Positions 5,468 to 6,051 of a stretch of 6,051 nucleotides of DNA are shown piece by piece (position 1 is the first letter of the stretch; each line of letters opens with the position of its first letter). A program made the translations under genes and the position numbers. Under the pieces are notes generated by a model. It saw only the letters and a list, made by a program, of their open reading frames with translations. It did no database searches and was not told the DNA's origin. The DNA is from a virus: positions 1 to 6,051 of the IMG/VR virus record IMGVR_UViG_3300020041_000002. One strand, 5' to 3'.

Positions 5468-5764
5468 ATGGCACTTGATTGGTTACTTGAAGATGCTCCC
5501 GCTTATGTTTCTCGCGGTCAGCGCATTCTTTCCGTTCTTAATGGTTCTGGCTCCGTCGATGTCCTTCCTGGTCGTCCGGATGTGACGGCGGAACCTTCCG
5601 ATTTTGAGAAGGGCGAGAAATACAATCCCGATATTGATTTCGACCCTAATTCGTTCTCTCGTATGGACAAGTTCGATGGTCTCGAGGTTGGTCAGGAACT
5701 TATTGATTCTCAGCTCGATAAGGCTAAGTCCGCCTCTAAGTCCTCCGCTTCTGAAGAAAAATAG
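5468..5764 (+). CDS. Acidic hypothetical protein, 98 aa; possible scaffolding-type protein (inference only)
   Basis: ATG 12 nt after the VP1 stop, with T/C-biased codons. By hand count there are about 20 Asp/Glu versus 11 Arg/Lys. I see no match to the gokushovirus VP3 motif I remember. Confidence 0.6.
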   Translation: MALDWLLEDAPAYVSRGQRILSVLNGSGSVDVLPGRPDVTAEPSDFEKGEKYNPDIDFDPNSFSRMDKFDGLEVGQELIDSQLDKAKSASKSSASEEK

Positions 5765-5794
5765 TATGTCCTTTACTTGATGATATATGCTACG

Positions 5795-5873
5795 TGCGCG
5801 GACCCCTTCTGCAAGAGTCCGTGAATTGCTGAAGGTTATTGGTAATGACTGCAGGAGAGGCCGCGCATTTTTC
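5795..5873 (+). terminator. Long imperfect hairpin followed by TTTTT; candidate intrinsic terminator and/or ssDNA origin hairpin
   Basis: TGCGCGG (5795-5801) pairs with CCGCGCA (5861-5867). The stem continues inward, with CCCCTTCTGCA (5803-5813) against TGCAGGAGAGG (5850-5860) carrying one bulge, one mismatch and one T.G pair. A further AGTC/GACT segment follows. A T5 run occupies 5868-5872. It sits in the 133-nt gap after the capsid gene block. Confidence 0.5.
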
Positions 5874-5897
5874 TATCGTTCTTTAATTTTTAAATTT

Positions 5898-6051
5898 ATG
5901 TCGGATACTAAGACCCCTTTTTATAAGTCGAAGGCTTTTTGGACACTCGTTTCTTCCATTATTGCCGCTTTGGCTGCCTTTTTCTTGTCCTCATGTTCCG
6001 CTCAGACTAGGGTTCAGCGTAGTGGTGTTCACATCGACACAGTACGTGTTG
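5898..6051 (+). CDS. 5' part of the small lipoprotein-like ORF (63 aa on the circle, ending at window position 159); an alternative in-frame ATG at 5787 would give 100 aa
   Basis: ATG 5898 is preceded by an A/T-rich leader. The N-terminus has a charged n-region (MSDTKTPFYKSK), a hydrophobic core (AFWTLVSSIIAALAAFF) and the lipobox-like L-S-S-C with Cys at residue 33. The ORF is truncated by the window edge and is absent from the supplied ORF track. Confidence 0.6.
   Translation, partial: MSDTKTPFYKSKAFWTLVSSIIAALAAFFLSSCSAQTRVQRSGVHIDTVRV
5931..6051. repeat. Second copy of the 121-nt terminal redundancy (matches 1-121)
   Basis: Exact identity to 1-121 on direct comparison. Confidence 0.96.

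Noticed and set aside
483-5585. Hydrophobic alternative-frame + strand ORFs (483-680, 804-1001, 1532-1726, 2458-2667, 2868-3074, 3699-3920, 4341-4673, 5034-5327, 5352-5585). Some are very Leu-rich and TM-like.
   Set aside because: By coordinate arithmetic every one is in the +1 frame of its host gene. T-rich third positions become second positions there, giving few stops and many L/F/I/V codons. This systematic pattern argues for an artefact. Only the longest, 3189-3548, is kept as a low-priority finding.
5795-5867. A 73-nt element with a perfect 7-bp acceptor-like stem, checked as a possible tRNA on both strands.
   Set aside because: On neither strand is there a D-arm, an anticodon arm, a T-arm or a GTTCRA T-loop at the required positions. 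The interior instead extends the same helix into one long hairpin.

Overview
The window is a complete, circularly permuted Microviridae ssDNA phage genome of the gokusho/alpa-like lineage, not the phiX-like one. Bases 1-121 match 5931-6051 exactly, so the unit circle is 5,930 nt and the window was cut inside a small ORF. All credible genes are on the + strand, tightly packed, with T/C-rich third codon positions. Going round the circle: small lipoprotein-like ORF (5898..6051 joined to 1..159), VP2 pilot/minor capsid protein (161-1408), T-rich intergenic region with a Bacteroidetes-type promoter, orphan ORF105 (1489-1806), orphan ORF107 (1818-2141), a 249-nt relatively GC-rich hairpin-dense segment without convincing coding capacity (2142-2390), a small ORF whose stop overlaps the VP4 start (2391-2591), VP4 rolling-circle replication initiator (2591-3661), VP1 major capsid protein (3665-5455), an acidic 98-aa ORF (5468-5764), and a long hairpin with a T-tract (5795-5873). 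VP1, VP2 and VP4 are called from motifs I recognise in the translations. Every other call is inference. The items most worth follow-up are the junction-spanning lipoprotein ORF, which the linear six-frame track misses; the structured 249-nt island, large for a 5.9-kb genome; and the orphan gene block between VP2 and VP4. I see no recognisable lysis gene, integrase, tRNA, CRISPR array or IS element. No database search or folding program was run. All homology statements come from remembered family motifs and need confirmation.
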